Assembly: GCA_977016875.1 (NCBI GenBank)
Contig: CDRNST010000204.1
Location: forward strand, 682,001-746,000
DNA: 64,000 bases
Direction of reading: 5' to 3'
From: Pavona decussata
Taxonomy: Eukaryota
In this document: piece after piece, positions 12,801 to 26,100 of the stretch
Numbering within the stretch: position 1 is the first letter of the stretch
Layout: each line of letters opens with the position of its first letter
The notes under the pieces: generated by a model
What the model was told of the DNA's origin: nothing
The model's database searches: none
What the model saw: only the letters and a program-made list of their open reading frames with translations
Made by a program: the position numbers and the translations under genes

Positions 12801-15800
12801 TAAATGAATAACTAGGAAAAAATCTCTTCATAATTTTGTAAGTAGTAGATAGCTTTTGGTAACAGACGTAAAGTATTGTTAGCTGTAGACAAAGTTCATT
12901 GTAAGTTAAGTATTGTAAGCAAAGTATTGTAAGCCGTGTAGTGTAATTTATGTCTTTACAAATGTAACAAAATAAAAATAAAAAATAATAGCTTGTTTCT
13001 CGGCCTCTTATGAAGGAGCTTAGTTTGCAGTGCATATTCTCGCAGGTACAATTAATGCTCTCAAAACCACGCTAAGTTTTTTAGGAAAGGTCCTTAACTT
13101 AAGCATTCGGTGGTAGTGACGAAAGGGTCGTTGCTCAGCTAGTTTTCAATTGCGTTGTGGAAACTGATAATGTACATTTTTTTTTATTGAATCAAAGAAC
13201 TTAGCAAACACAACGTCAACAGAATGAAAATGCGAGTACTTTTGTCACTTTATGGCATAAGTTACATTACTGTGGAAGTCGTTGATCAGGTCAAATAAAC
13301 CTCGGGTAGCGCACCTTTTCAAACTAGTTCAAAAATGGTTCTAATAAATGTCCTTACTTGAGCAGTCAAGAACAACAAGGTTTTTAACTCCCCCTGGGAC
13401 GTGGAAATTAAACCACTTCCCGGTTGTAGGGCTGCACTGGTACGTAGGCGGTTGATGTTCAGCAAATCCGTATCCTTCATTACAGTGTACTGTGCAAATC
13501 ATTCCAGCCAGCCACGTCTCGCACGCTTTGGCTCCATTCTTTGGTGCTTTAAACTCCGCACACGGAGGATCTGAATAGAAGGAAGAAACATGAGAATAAT
13601 GTATTATTTAGTTAGTGACACAGGCATACTCGGAACAAAAATCCGAGAGCTCCTATCAGGAGTCGAACCTAAGACCTTCTGATTATTAGTTCGGATGCTC
13701 TACCAATTTGCTACAGGAGACTCGTGGGTAGGCCAAGGCCATTAAAAGAAAGAAACAGTTGCTAAGAAGCAGCATTGGAGAACGGGGGGGGGAGGGGGGG
13801 GGGGTAGGTTAGGTTATACTCGATAAAGCTGCATACGGAGAGTCATCCCTTGAGGTGTGCCCCTTAACCTTTCCCATATGAAAATCAACAAGTTGCAATG
13901 CTAGCGCTATCTTATAACTCAAAGATAAACCATAGCTTTATATTTTCCTGGCAGCAAGCCTTATCTTTCGCTGAACCGAAACTGGGTGTTCTTCTTTTTA
14001 TTTTTATTTTTTTATGTTACGAGCCTAAAACGTTACTTAGTATCAAAGTTCTGAAAATAGCATAGCATGTTCTGTAAATTCTAGGTCAATTTCAGCCTCA
14101 ACGATCTTATAAAAAAAGATTGTTGAGAAAAAAGTGTACACCCCTTCTTGGTCTTTTCCAGAAAGGACCGGATATATATTAAAAGTGACCGTCATTCCCT
14201 GGAAGCTAAATTTCCCACTGACAGATTACTTTAATATGCATATGCTATAACAATCGAGAGCGTGCTTGTACTCGGACCTCCTGGGCGATAACGGGCTTCT
14301 TATTTTCCAGATAAGCATATAATACATACATACCAGCTACTGTTATAAGGAACCTGCAGTATGCCGCATTTCCCGCCTTATCTTTAGCAGTGTAAGTAAT
14401 GTTGTATTCTCCCCACGTGACCTCACTACCATTAACAGCGTTTGTCGTGAACAGATGTACTCCCACATTGTCCGTGACTGTGACTGCTGGAAGCATCAGC
14501 TTGTACCACCTAGCTGGAGAAATGATCTTGATATCATCAGGACAGGAGGCGATCTTGGGAGGCTCAACATCTGTTGAAGATAAATGATGTTCAGCACTCA
14601 TTAATTAAAAGTTAACACAGTCTGCCTTCATTTCCCCAATATTCATCAGTAGTTCCTTGTAAATGAAAAAAGAAAAAAAAAAAAGATATGACTGTAAATG
14701 TGGAACTCGTTCAAAGGCGACTGCACGTTCCAGGTCGAATTGGACCCGGGGAAAAACCCTCGGGGCAGAGGCGAGAACCAACAACAAAGTCAAGCCACAT
14801 ATGGCGTCAACTCCGGGCATCGAACCTAGAACACAAATAAAGTTACTTGTTTAAGTTACATAGTTGTAAAAGGAGGGTCTCACAAAAACTTAAGAAAAAT
14901 GTCGCTTTAGTTAGATTTATGTTGCTGAATATAATTGCATTTTATTTTCATTTTCCGTTCGTTCTTGATTGACCCATTTTTTGCGAGTTTTTTTTTTTTT
15001 GCATTTTTGTACAATGTCGTATGAGTACACTTGTTTAAATACGTGGTTTGCATTGCCGCTATGTCATTGGTGGACAAAACAAAAGAAAATTTGCTCACAT
15101 AGTTTGCTTAAAAATGCAAGTTAACTCCCAAAAGAGAAAATCTTATTGTCCTGTCCACCAACATGGCCGCCGTGACGTCACATGCAATTCAAGCGAATTT
15201 ACGGCCTAATAAGGTTAATACTTTTTCTTGAAGACGCATTCTCAATGGTGACATGTACAGGCTACCTTATTTAACAGAACATTGTGAACGTAAACAAGAC
15301 GTGAACACCGTCTAATAGACCGCAGGATTTGGTTGCAGTTCTTGAGGATTATCGATCACAACAGAGGCGGTTAATTACAGTAACTACAAATTTAGACAGC
15401 TATACCTTTGACGTGAATGGAGAATACACAACTACTCCTGAGCCCAGCTGAGTCTTTGACTTCATATCTGATGTGTGTTCGACCGACCTTCAACTGTTGT
15501 GGAGGTATCAAGCCAGTGATGTTCAAGGGATCGTCAGAGTTATCAGTTGGACTTGGAACCTTCCACGTAACATTTGCATACGATTCACCTGAATCTGTAG
15601 GAACGTCCATGTTAGCTGGACATGGAATGTTAGGAGGTTGGATGTCTGTTGAGAAAGAGAGGTAAAAAAATTAATGCAAAGCCGGCTCACCGAATCCTTG
15701 GAGGGAAGGGAAGGTATCGGACAGCAATGGTTACTCATTTTTTAACAGTCCATTCTCACTATTACTAGATTACAGCTTGACAGCTCTTTCACGGCAATAA

Positions 15801-18800
15801 GCAGGTATCATTTTACAAGAAAGAGGTAAAATACGTCTGGGACGTTTGTATGGGTAAATTGAAACCCATTCTGAACTCCAACAAACTGAATGGACTGTCC
15901 TTAATGGTATTCTTAATTTTTTGCCTGCGATTGATCTACACAGGGGTTTAAGCAAAATTTCTCATTTCACACCATAGTAAGGAAATCAGGGGAGGGGGGG
16001 GGGGGGGGAAGACCTGAATATCATTCACCATCCTAACCTATACATAGAAAAAAAGAGATCAATTAATGCTCATACCTTTTGATAGAATATCAATTATGTT
16101 ACATTACATAAAATGACCAAAAAGCAGAAAAACATTGACAGAAATATTTCAACTCTGAAAAGCTTAAAGCTAGGATAATTTGATTTTTTTTTGTAACAAA
16201 TTGTTTCGATGTGTTCAGTCGTGTGTTGGCACAATTCGACACCGTGGTGAATCGCACGATTAGAATTATTGAATAGTAAAACTGAACCCCACACATACCT
16301 CTGCAGATCACTTGACTAACGTCTGCACTCCAAGAACCATTTTCAAGGCAGGATACGCTTGAGGGACCTTCCAGTCGATAAGAATTGGAGGTATCGCACA
16401 TGAAAAAACAATATGTCTTATAATTTACACCGAGTGGAATTTTGCACTGAGTAGGATAAACCATTCCATGAGGTGGATCCTTGATGGGTGGACACTTGAC
16501 AACTAAAACAAATCGAAAAATAGAGCAGTTTTCAGTAGAGTTCCGTAGAACCAAAACTAAAGTAATTACTCTGATCCAAATGACGCAAACAGTGCAATAA
16601 AACAATCAGAATTCAAAGCAAATGCATGTACAGCACTAAGCGCGGGAATACGCGTGCGAGCTGCGGCAGGATTGGTTTCAGCTTTGCTTCTTATACTGTA
16701 TTTCGAAAGAGCCAGTGCAAGTTTTGCTAACCGGTCATTAAGTGTAGTAAATCAAAACCAAAGCAAACGCTTATTCGAAAAATCACTCTATATTACCAGC
16801 CACTTTATTTAACACTTTTCTATCACTTTTCTAGGGATCGTTGTTAATTATTGAATGGACGTACTCGATGGGAAGTCTGGATGGAAAGAGAGGAGTACAG
16901 AAGGGTTTCTTGTTTTGTGTGAAGGATAAAGCTTCAAAAGTCATTTACGTTGTCTCTTCACGTGTAAATCATCATCCATCATATCTGTCACCTTTTGGAA
17001 TTACTAGGAGTACTTCAAATGAACAAAGTTAACGCCTGTATGTTAACGCCTGGTGTATTTTTAATTTCCTTTGCAATTGTGGGAACAAAGAAATTCAAAT
17101 GCAACTGCCCCCATAAAAAAAGATATTCCAGTTCTTGTTTTCTTACTGGTACATGTAGTTGTGTTGCCTGACCATCTTCCACTTTCTTCACAGGAACGCA
17201 CACGTGACCCAACCTGTCTGTATCCTTGGTTACAAGAGATAGAGGCCTGGGAACCAAATGACCATCCACATGACAGTGAGGTTATGACACCGTCGACTGG
17301 AGGCTGGAGGGCTGGGCAAGACTTTCCTGTGGATACAATATGTGTTACTGTAATCTGTATAACTCAAATATTGCATGCTGTTCTGCTTACTCAATCTATT
17401 TTTACGAGATTTCGAGGCTGTTACTACGGGAAAGCTAAATGGCCGTTATTTTAACAAGTACAATTAGTCTTTGCTAAAGGTTACGGGCTAAATTCCAATT
17501 ACTTTAATATAAAAGCGATAGTTTAACGTGTTGGACATATCATACTTGCGACAAACACGATGAAGCTGCAGTTTGCTGTGTTTCCTTCGTCATCTCTCGA
17601 TAAATAATGAACACTGTATAGACCAGTAGTTAAGTTGGTGGGAGGGCGCACTGCAGGGTAGCTGATAGTCACGTGACCAGAGTTATCAGTGCCTATTGGC
17701 TCATTCCATGAGACAAGCGCATTGGACGAACATTTAGGAACATAAAATATCATGTTTCTAGGACACGTGCTGTTGAACGAAGGAGGGGTATTATCTGCAA
17801 ACAAAAGAGTAGTGTTAGTTGTGTCGGACTAAACTTAGCTTGTTTGATCCCAACTGGGATCGTTCTTTAATTGTTGTCCTTGCTGTTGTTTTGCAAGTTT
17901 ACATCCCTCGCCATTTGCTAAAGGTTCCTTTCCCTGCTTTCTTTTTTTTTATTTTCTGCCGATTCCTCCCTGTTAACGGCATTAATTTATTATTTCTAGA
18001 GCGCTTCACGCAAGAAATATAAACTATAATATAATCATATACTAATAGAAAAAAAGTTTTCAGTATAGATTTAAATGGGTTTAGGTTATCAGTAGTTCTA
18101 ATTTCATACTAAGTCAAGTGCTGGAGACAAGGTCCCCATACGAAACTGTGTTTGTGCTTACAACTTTTAGTAACATCCTCCATCTACATTCTTGTTACTT
18201 ACCTCTGCATTTCGTGTCATTATTCCCAGTCCATTGGCCATCATTGCTACAAACCTTGATTTTGGTACCCTCCAGAACATATCCTGTCTTTTGGCAGCTA
18301 AACCTGCAGGTCTGCCCATAAGTGCTTCTCGATAGACACGAGGAAGGAGTTACAATGGCATTGGGAGGAGGAGCAAGAGCGGTGCAGTTGATAACTGTGT
18401 GTAACAGAAACAGAAAATTGGAACATTTTACCATTTTATCATTCTCGGAAACTCAGAAGCACATAGTCGGGGCGAGGGAAACCCCAAACGGCCGGAAAAA
18501 TTTTGGAGCCGAAAAGTTAATGGGAAATATTATCCCCCCCCCCCCCCCCCCCTCGTTCTGACTTTCTCTCACCCCCACTATTTACCAATGGGTCTTTCGA
18601 GGATGGATATCGGTTTAATGTTAAACCAACCTCTAAACGTTTTTATCTCTGAGTTTGGACTTAAAGCACGGTAGAGTTATTTTGTTTTGTTTGCGGGGCT
18701 TCAAGTTCTTATCCTCTTTTGAACCCAGTAGAATAAGTGAGGCAGTCACTAGCTTAACCGACCACTAGCTGAGGAGAAACAAAAACAATAATTTTTTTAT

Positions 18801-20061
18801 CTGATCTGTGGGTACGTTTATTCTGAGAATTTGGGCTATTTCAGCTACTTCAATTAAATTTCTCTTCTAAGGAATACCCTTAACATGCTACACTATTAAG
18901 CTAAATGGATGTGAAAATACTTAAATAAACTTTCAAATCGGCGCTAACATTCGGCGTAGGTGCCCTGCTGTTCCCTCGATTCTGAAGACACAAAGGATGG
19001 TTTGAATTTGTAAATTACAGCACCTTCTACAATTGTTAGAAATGTAAGCGTATTCCTAACCTCGACAAGATGCTGCGAGTCCACTCCAGGTCTCGTTTTC
19101 CAGGCACTGCCGCCTTGACGAGCCAGTGAAAATGTAACCAGCATTGCAAGAGAAACTGCATATTGTACCATAGTGTTCGAAGTGTGGATCAGAACAACCA
19201 ATGTTATGTCCATTTGGTGGAGCGGGGAGAGATGGACATCTAATAGCTGTAAATAAAATGGGCATGAGACTGATTTCAGAAATATTAATAATTCATAAGC
19301 CCATTGACCTATCAAATGGTCGATAAAACATCACGTACAGAGGTTTTAACACCTGATAAAACCTCCTCCTTATTAGTATGCGGTGTTTAATGTTTTTCTC
19401 GTATGCTAAATTAAACGTTCACAAAAGCATTATTGTTATGAACTCTCTTGATACACGCTTTTCCAGGAATGTTTTTGAAGCCGTTCAAAATGCTCGCACC
19501 ACGTGTTTTATCAGGTCTAAAACCACTCGGCTACGCCTCGTGGTTTTAAATCCAGATAAAACACTGCTGCTCGTGTTTTAAAAAATTACTAATGTACTAA
19601 TACACCGTGAGAGTCACTTTCGTTCGTGTCTAGGTACTGTGCTGTGGGGAAAGGGATGTTTGGACCCCTCCAATCGAAAATTATTGGATCACCCCTCTAA
19701 CTATTGTTCAGATGATTTCTACTTTCGCAGTTTTAGGCTACATACCGATGAACGTAGGCCCAGGAAACCTAACGAAATGTTTATTTTTTTATTTTTATAA
19801 ACTTCGCCAGAGGAGAACCTCTCACAGGAGAGAACTCACAGAACGATAAGTTCCAATAACAAGACTCCTCCTACTACTAATCATGAAATAGCACAAAGAC
19901 CAGACCAGCACACCGGGAACTCCATGCCCTACTCTTTTCGATTAGTGTGTGGGTTCTTTAACGTCCAACAGGGTTATGAACATTGAAGTGCTGTGAGACG
20001 GGGCCTACGGTTTATCGTCCTTATCCGAGAAGACTAGATAGCCTAACCATTTGCAGATGTC

Positions 20062-20101
<40 letters not shown>

Positions 20102-23100
20102 ATGAGTGTTGGTCCGGCTGGGGTTTGAACCCACAACCTCCCGCACGGTAGTCCGCTGCTCAACCAACTGAGCCAACCGGTCGGCGGTCAAATAATGATG
20201 TGACGTTGAAGTGGAAAAGTAATCCACTAGGTCATCACAAAGTGACACCCAACGGCCAGAAATCAATAGAATATACTCGCATTAGAACAATTAACAAAAT
20301 TCACTCTTTTCAAGGAGGAACAGTTACATGTTTGTTTGATGTATTCACTCCCTGTAAGTTAATTTCTGCCATTAAAGAATCAACTTTTGTCCAAGTTAAT
20401 TATATCCTAACCTTGGCAAACTGGCACTGGATTATCCCAGAATCCTGGAGGTTTGCTCCCACGGGCAACGCACGTGACCGATGAGGAGCCATTCAAGCGA
20501 TGACCAATCACACAAGAAAACTTACAGGTTGCACCGTAATGATTACCACAGCTGCTCATGCGCAAAGGGCCACTAGGAACTATCATAAGCGATGTGCAAT
20601 TGATCACTGGTGAGGAGAGGAAGAAGGAAAAGAACAAAAGAAAAATAATAATTCATTAAGCAGTCACTTTAGATGTATACACTCTCATCACTAGTTACTC
20701 AAACTGACAAGAAGTCATTCCTCATTGAAAAGACTGTTTCTCTATACAGGGTTACAATCCATTGCTAGTAAAGTTGTCCCATTATGCTTTTGATATGCGA
20801 CATTTCGAGGGAACTAACGTTTTCTTAAACTCTTCGGCTAACTAATATATTTGCCCTTACAGTTTAAAGTACCAATGTTTTTATGGAAAAAGTAATTTAA
20901 ACAAGTACTGTATTAAGTATATAATAAACAAACATTTTCAACTCTTTGATAATCATACATGATCCCCCAAAAGAATCATCGTATGATCATCATTGCAGAG
21001 TGTAACTACATATTGATGCTAATCCTCTATTACCTCTCACTTTAACTGTAAATGTACAAGTAGCCTTGTTTCCTGATTGGTCCACAGCAGCGTATGTGAT
21101 CACGTGAGTTCCTTGACTGAATCTTTGAGGTGATTGGTAGTTTGACGTCACATTAGGTGCAACTCCTGAGTTGTCAGTAGCAACAGGCTCGGTCCAGTTC
21201 ACTAAAGCTGTAAACTTGTCTCGTTCAGCATATGCTAGTAGTGGACTCCTGGGACACGATACACCAAATGATGGCGGCTGAGAATCTAAATTAAAAAAAA
21301 AAACTAAGTTTACAAAGAGAAATAACCCTTTTATCAAGTGGAAAGCTCACCTAGCTGATCTTGCCCTTTTCCCCCAGTAACACCCAGACATATCCAAATT
21401 TGTTAGAATAACATTGTCGTCGAAATCTCCCCTCTGCTATGTGTTGAAAAGGTGCTCAAATACCCTACCATCATATGGTAATTGAAGGCCCCTCCTTAAG
21501 TGCTACCAAAAAACTTTCTATTAATTACACTGACATATGGATTAACTGTCAGATTATATGGCAATTACATAAACTTTTCTAACCGGTCTAATCTTAGCTT
21601 TTACTCAGTCAAACTTGACTGCTGGTTACAAAAATATTGACCAGCGAAGGTGAACTTGAGTCTGTCGTTTCCAAATCTTTCAATTGTTACAAACTTTATC
21701 GGGATGAAAAAATCAGACATTCTGTTTACAAATACAATGTTTCAGTACACTTAAAAGACGCCCTAGAATGTGCTGAGCCAGATTTATACAACACACGACA
21801 AGCCACCGAAAAAAAAAATCGAACGGAAAGAAGAAAAAACTGATACACCTTCGGCTTTCCTTAGACACATATACCCCTGAAACTCTGGGAAAACAGGATA
21901 TACGTATATGGAGAGATCGTGCTGATATGGAGTGCAGCGACGTAATAAAACAGGTTTTGCGTGAGATTACCTGTGCAGTGTATGTCGTTTCCACTCCATT
22001 GTCCAGACGACAAGCATGTTCTTGTGACGTTTCCAGATGAGCTGGTATATCCGGTTTGACAGGAATACGAGCAACTTGAGCCGTAAACATCGGTACATGA
22101 AGGGGTCATTAGTATTGCTTTTGGTGGGGTCGTTAAAGAAGGGCAGAAGATAGCTGAAACGCGATCAAAACAAATCTTTCTGAATTATATTTCAAAATTA
22201 AGGAGGGTCATTATATAAATTTAGGATCTTAAAGTTACCTGGCTTGATTTCAAAGACAAGGAATAACAAGAAGTTTCACAGTTATCATAATACAATATAA
22301 AGAACAAAAAAAACCATTTTTTTGATATTCTATAGAGTTATAACTGCCCCTTTCCCTTCCATATACTTAAGCCAATGACACACGGTTCAACATACGTTGA
22401 GTAACAAATGTTGCAGCTCCTGTTCAACAAATGTTGAACAGTGTATCATGTGATGTTTAACGTTGACATATGCCGTTCAACATGTTGAAAGTTGTTGAAC
22501 GAAAACAGAGCTTGGCTCTTTTCCGTTCAACAAGTTGCCGCAAAAAGTCGACAAGTCGCAACAATGTTCAACATTTGTTGATCAACAAAAGTTAAACGAT
22601 GTTGAACCGTGTATCATTCGCTTTAGATATTTTAAAATTAATATAACGTGTAGAAATGAGACCAGTTACAATGCGAGTAGAACTTTGGAAGACAGAAAAA
22701 GTATTGGAGGAGAGTTTCGGTCACTCAGCATTAACTCCCTCTGTAAAGTACATCCCAGTGACTGCTGTTACTTCTCCAGGGTCTCGTGATAGCTAATAAT
22801 TACCTTGGCAACTGAAATCTTGGCCACTCCAGGTTCCATTTTCGAGACATCTTTTTGTTGAAGAGCCAATACCGTAAAATCCGGGAAAACAGGAAAACAG
22901 ACAAACCGTGTTGTAAGTTTCCGTTATTGTCCCTGTGCAGCCGTGACGGACGCCATTGGATGGTTCAGGTAGGGCTGAACACGTGACAGCTGTAGGAGAG
23001 TTTCAGTTACTCAGTATATTTTGATATACAAATTAAATTAGTAATTGATAATCATTACTTCTGCGTTCAATGGTTAGTTCTTTGTTAGAACTACGAAATC

Positions 23101-26100
23101 ACTTGGCTAACACGATTGTTACTTAATGAATGGATGCATATTTTTTGATATATGACTTGGTGTTTGGCCACAGTAACTATTGCGACTTTTGCAAAGAGTA
23201 TTAAATGTGGCCGTCAGATTAGCCATTAGTTAGTTCTGAAAACTCATTCATATCACCTAGACTTGACCTGTTTAGTTTATTCTTTTCTTTCCAGATTTTT
23301 AATGTGTTTTGTTCACAAGTTTGCTGTTGGTTTTTTTTATTTGTTTGTCTGATCTGAATTGCACATCCTAACGGTGCCGGAAACGATATCATTGACATGG
23401 CATTTCATGTGGGCATTATTCCTTCTAGCTTTCTTAATAAAACCTTTTGAACTAACATCCAGGACAGTCAGAGCTTTTATATAGCGTGCCGGTTCTAGAG
23501 GAAGCGAACTGCCTTTAATTTTTCGTTAACTCTTCGTTGCCTTTCGCTTTAATTTGCATGCCATTCAGGCCCCTGTTAAAACAGCAGCTCACCTGTACAC
23601 TGTGTTTGTAGTCCAGTCCAAGTTCCATCGGTTTTACATGTCCTTTGGCTTGCTCCGCTCAATAAGTATCCCTTGTCACATGACAAGTGACAGATTTGTC
23701 CCGGTAGATTGGAGCACGGCCTTAAATCCCCATGGGAAGGTGCAGACAGCTGAGGGCAGCGGTTTACTATTTAGTGGAGAAAAATGAAAAATAATAATGA
23801 CTACAAGGAACTATGTTAATTACTGGCCCACAATAAATGGACATTATCAGTATTTACACCACTGGAAAAGGAAAAAAAAAACTTTGGCTTCAAGGGACGT
23901 TAAATAAGCCAAACCAGCATACGGAAAAATAAAACAATCCAAAATGGATTTCGTTTCTGCTTAAGACATAATCAGTGAACGTCATGTTTTGGGGTGAGGA
24001 GCCGGTTGCTTGGATATCGAAAAATCGCTGAGATGAAATTAAAGACCCGGCAACATTTGACAAACGGATATAAAAGATTAGCTAAAAATTGATGGCTCGT
24101 AAAACAAAGGCAACGATCGACGTATTTGGAATTCAGTTTTCTCCATTGTTATTTTAATTTTACGAAGGCTCAAGTATTACCTCCTTGGCAGGTAAACTGG
24201 TCACCAGGTTTCAGTTGTACTCCCTCTGGACAAAAGCACCGATGGCCAGCTGGGTTTGGAAGGCAAATGTGACTGCATCCTCCGTTTAAGTTTGAACAGC
24301 TGGTGGATCCTGAAACTGGTAGAGTGAATAGGTGTGTAGTTGGGAAGGCTGATTCCTTTTTATCTAAATGAGGACTTATAGTGTAAAACGATAGAGAGAC
24401 AAAAGATAAACGAGCACGGACATGTTTGGTTGAAGACTGCTAAACGTGTAACAAGTGACACAGGCTCACAATGCTTAGGCATTTTTGTTTATTATTACAC
24501 TCAAGGCACTTTTTACGTCGAAAACGTATTCTAATATATCCCAGATTCTCCTATATTCTCCTCGAATGTTGTGTCGCTGCGACTTGATCAATAAATGATT
24601 TTCATTTACATGCATTTCATAAACTTATGCACTGATCCCTATGTTCGTAAACCTAGTGAGTTCCGTTGTTAACATATAACCTGAACAAACATAAACCAAT
24701 GGGAGAAATTTTGGGAGACTGTAAAAATGCTTAGAGGACAGGAATTGCATGAAGAGCATAGCCTGGATTCTGCCTTCTACTCTACCCAGAAATCTTCAAG
24801 ATGTTTGTCTACAATTTCCCAGCAGTACAGCTTTTATTTTTTATCACAAAATGAACATTTTTTATTAGGTTTTGAAAAGAAGGGTTAATTTAAGACGCAC
24901 TTACCAGTAGCGATTATCCTGGAGTCGTAAATGTGAATTTCCATTGGGCGTCTCATTCCGCGGACCAGCACTTCACTGGTTGAAGACGTCATGTTATACT
25001 TGTGGATACTCCTTGTACTCCAGTCTGACCAGAACAGCGCGTCTTCATACAAGGCCAGACCAAATGGATGATGATAAGTGGCTGATGTCAAATTCAGTAT
25101 AAGAACACGGTTGTTGCCCTGGAGGTCGACTCTTTCGATCTTATCGAGCTGTGCATCGCACCAATATAGCAACTTGTTTTTGAAATCTAGTGCTAGGGAG
25201 TTAACCCATGCCAGCCCTGAACTAACAAGTATTGTTCTGGCTGTGCCGTCCATGTTGGCTTGTTCAATCTTCGGCGAGGATCCCCAATCGCTCCAATACA
25301 TTTTTCTAAAATTTAGGAAATACTACTGAGATAAAGCCAGTATGATAACTGAGATATCTACAGAATTCAATTAGAAATTTTCTGTTACCACTTATCATTT
25401 GGCTTAAGGCATGCTATACTATATAGTTTTGCAGTATATACATATGTTCGTGAGACAAACATCCTGCACACTGCAAGGATTTAAATATCGATGAGTCATA
25501 CATTGAGTGGTACATGAACCTAGTTTGATGGCCTGGCTCGCAAGAGTCTCCTATAGCTAACTGAGTGGAAAAACATTCGAACTAGTAATTGGAAGTTGCT
25601 TCAATTAGTCGCGGCGACTTCTGTTGGGGCATCTCGGATTGTCTATTCACCAGTATGCATAAATTATGTCACTGAAAAATATTCTTCTACCATTTATTCA
25701 CCAGGCTAAAGATGTACACATTCTCATCCAAAGATTTACGTACTTGCGTAAATCTTGGAGACAAAACGGTCAAAGATATACAGACGGAGTTAGTTGAAAA
25801 ATATTAGGTCACTCAGTATTGGTGTAAACTATGATCACTTGCATACACCTAGCTCATCCTCTCTTGCGTGCACTGATTGCGATTTTTCAAGTGTCATCAT
25901 CATTAGTATCTTTTGATCAATCAGATCATTTACGTGAATACAGATATGATATCCGGCATGACAGTTGTCTTTGATTAGTTGATTATTATTCAATGTCTTG
26001 ATTTACATTCTAAATGTCTTTTAATTCCAAGTGAACTGCGAAAACAAACGTTTTCTCATTGTGCCTAAACATCAATGAAACCAACAACAATGCTTAAAAT

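Noticed and set aside
20110-20188. tRNA genes here, at about 13650-13720 and at about 53900-53960
   Set aside because: tRNA-like heads run into SINE bodies that recur in the window, and the cloverleaf stems are imperfect
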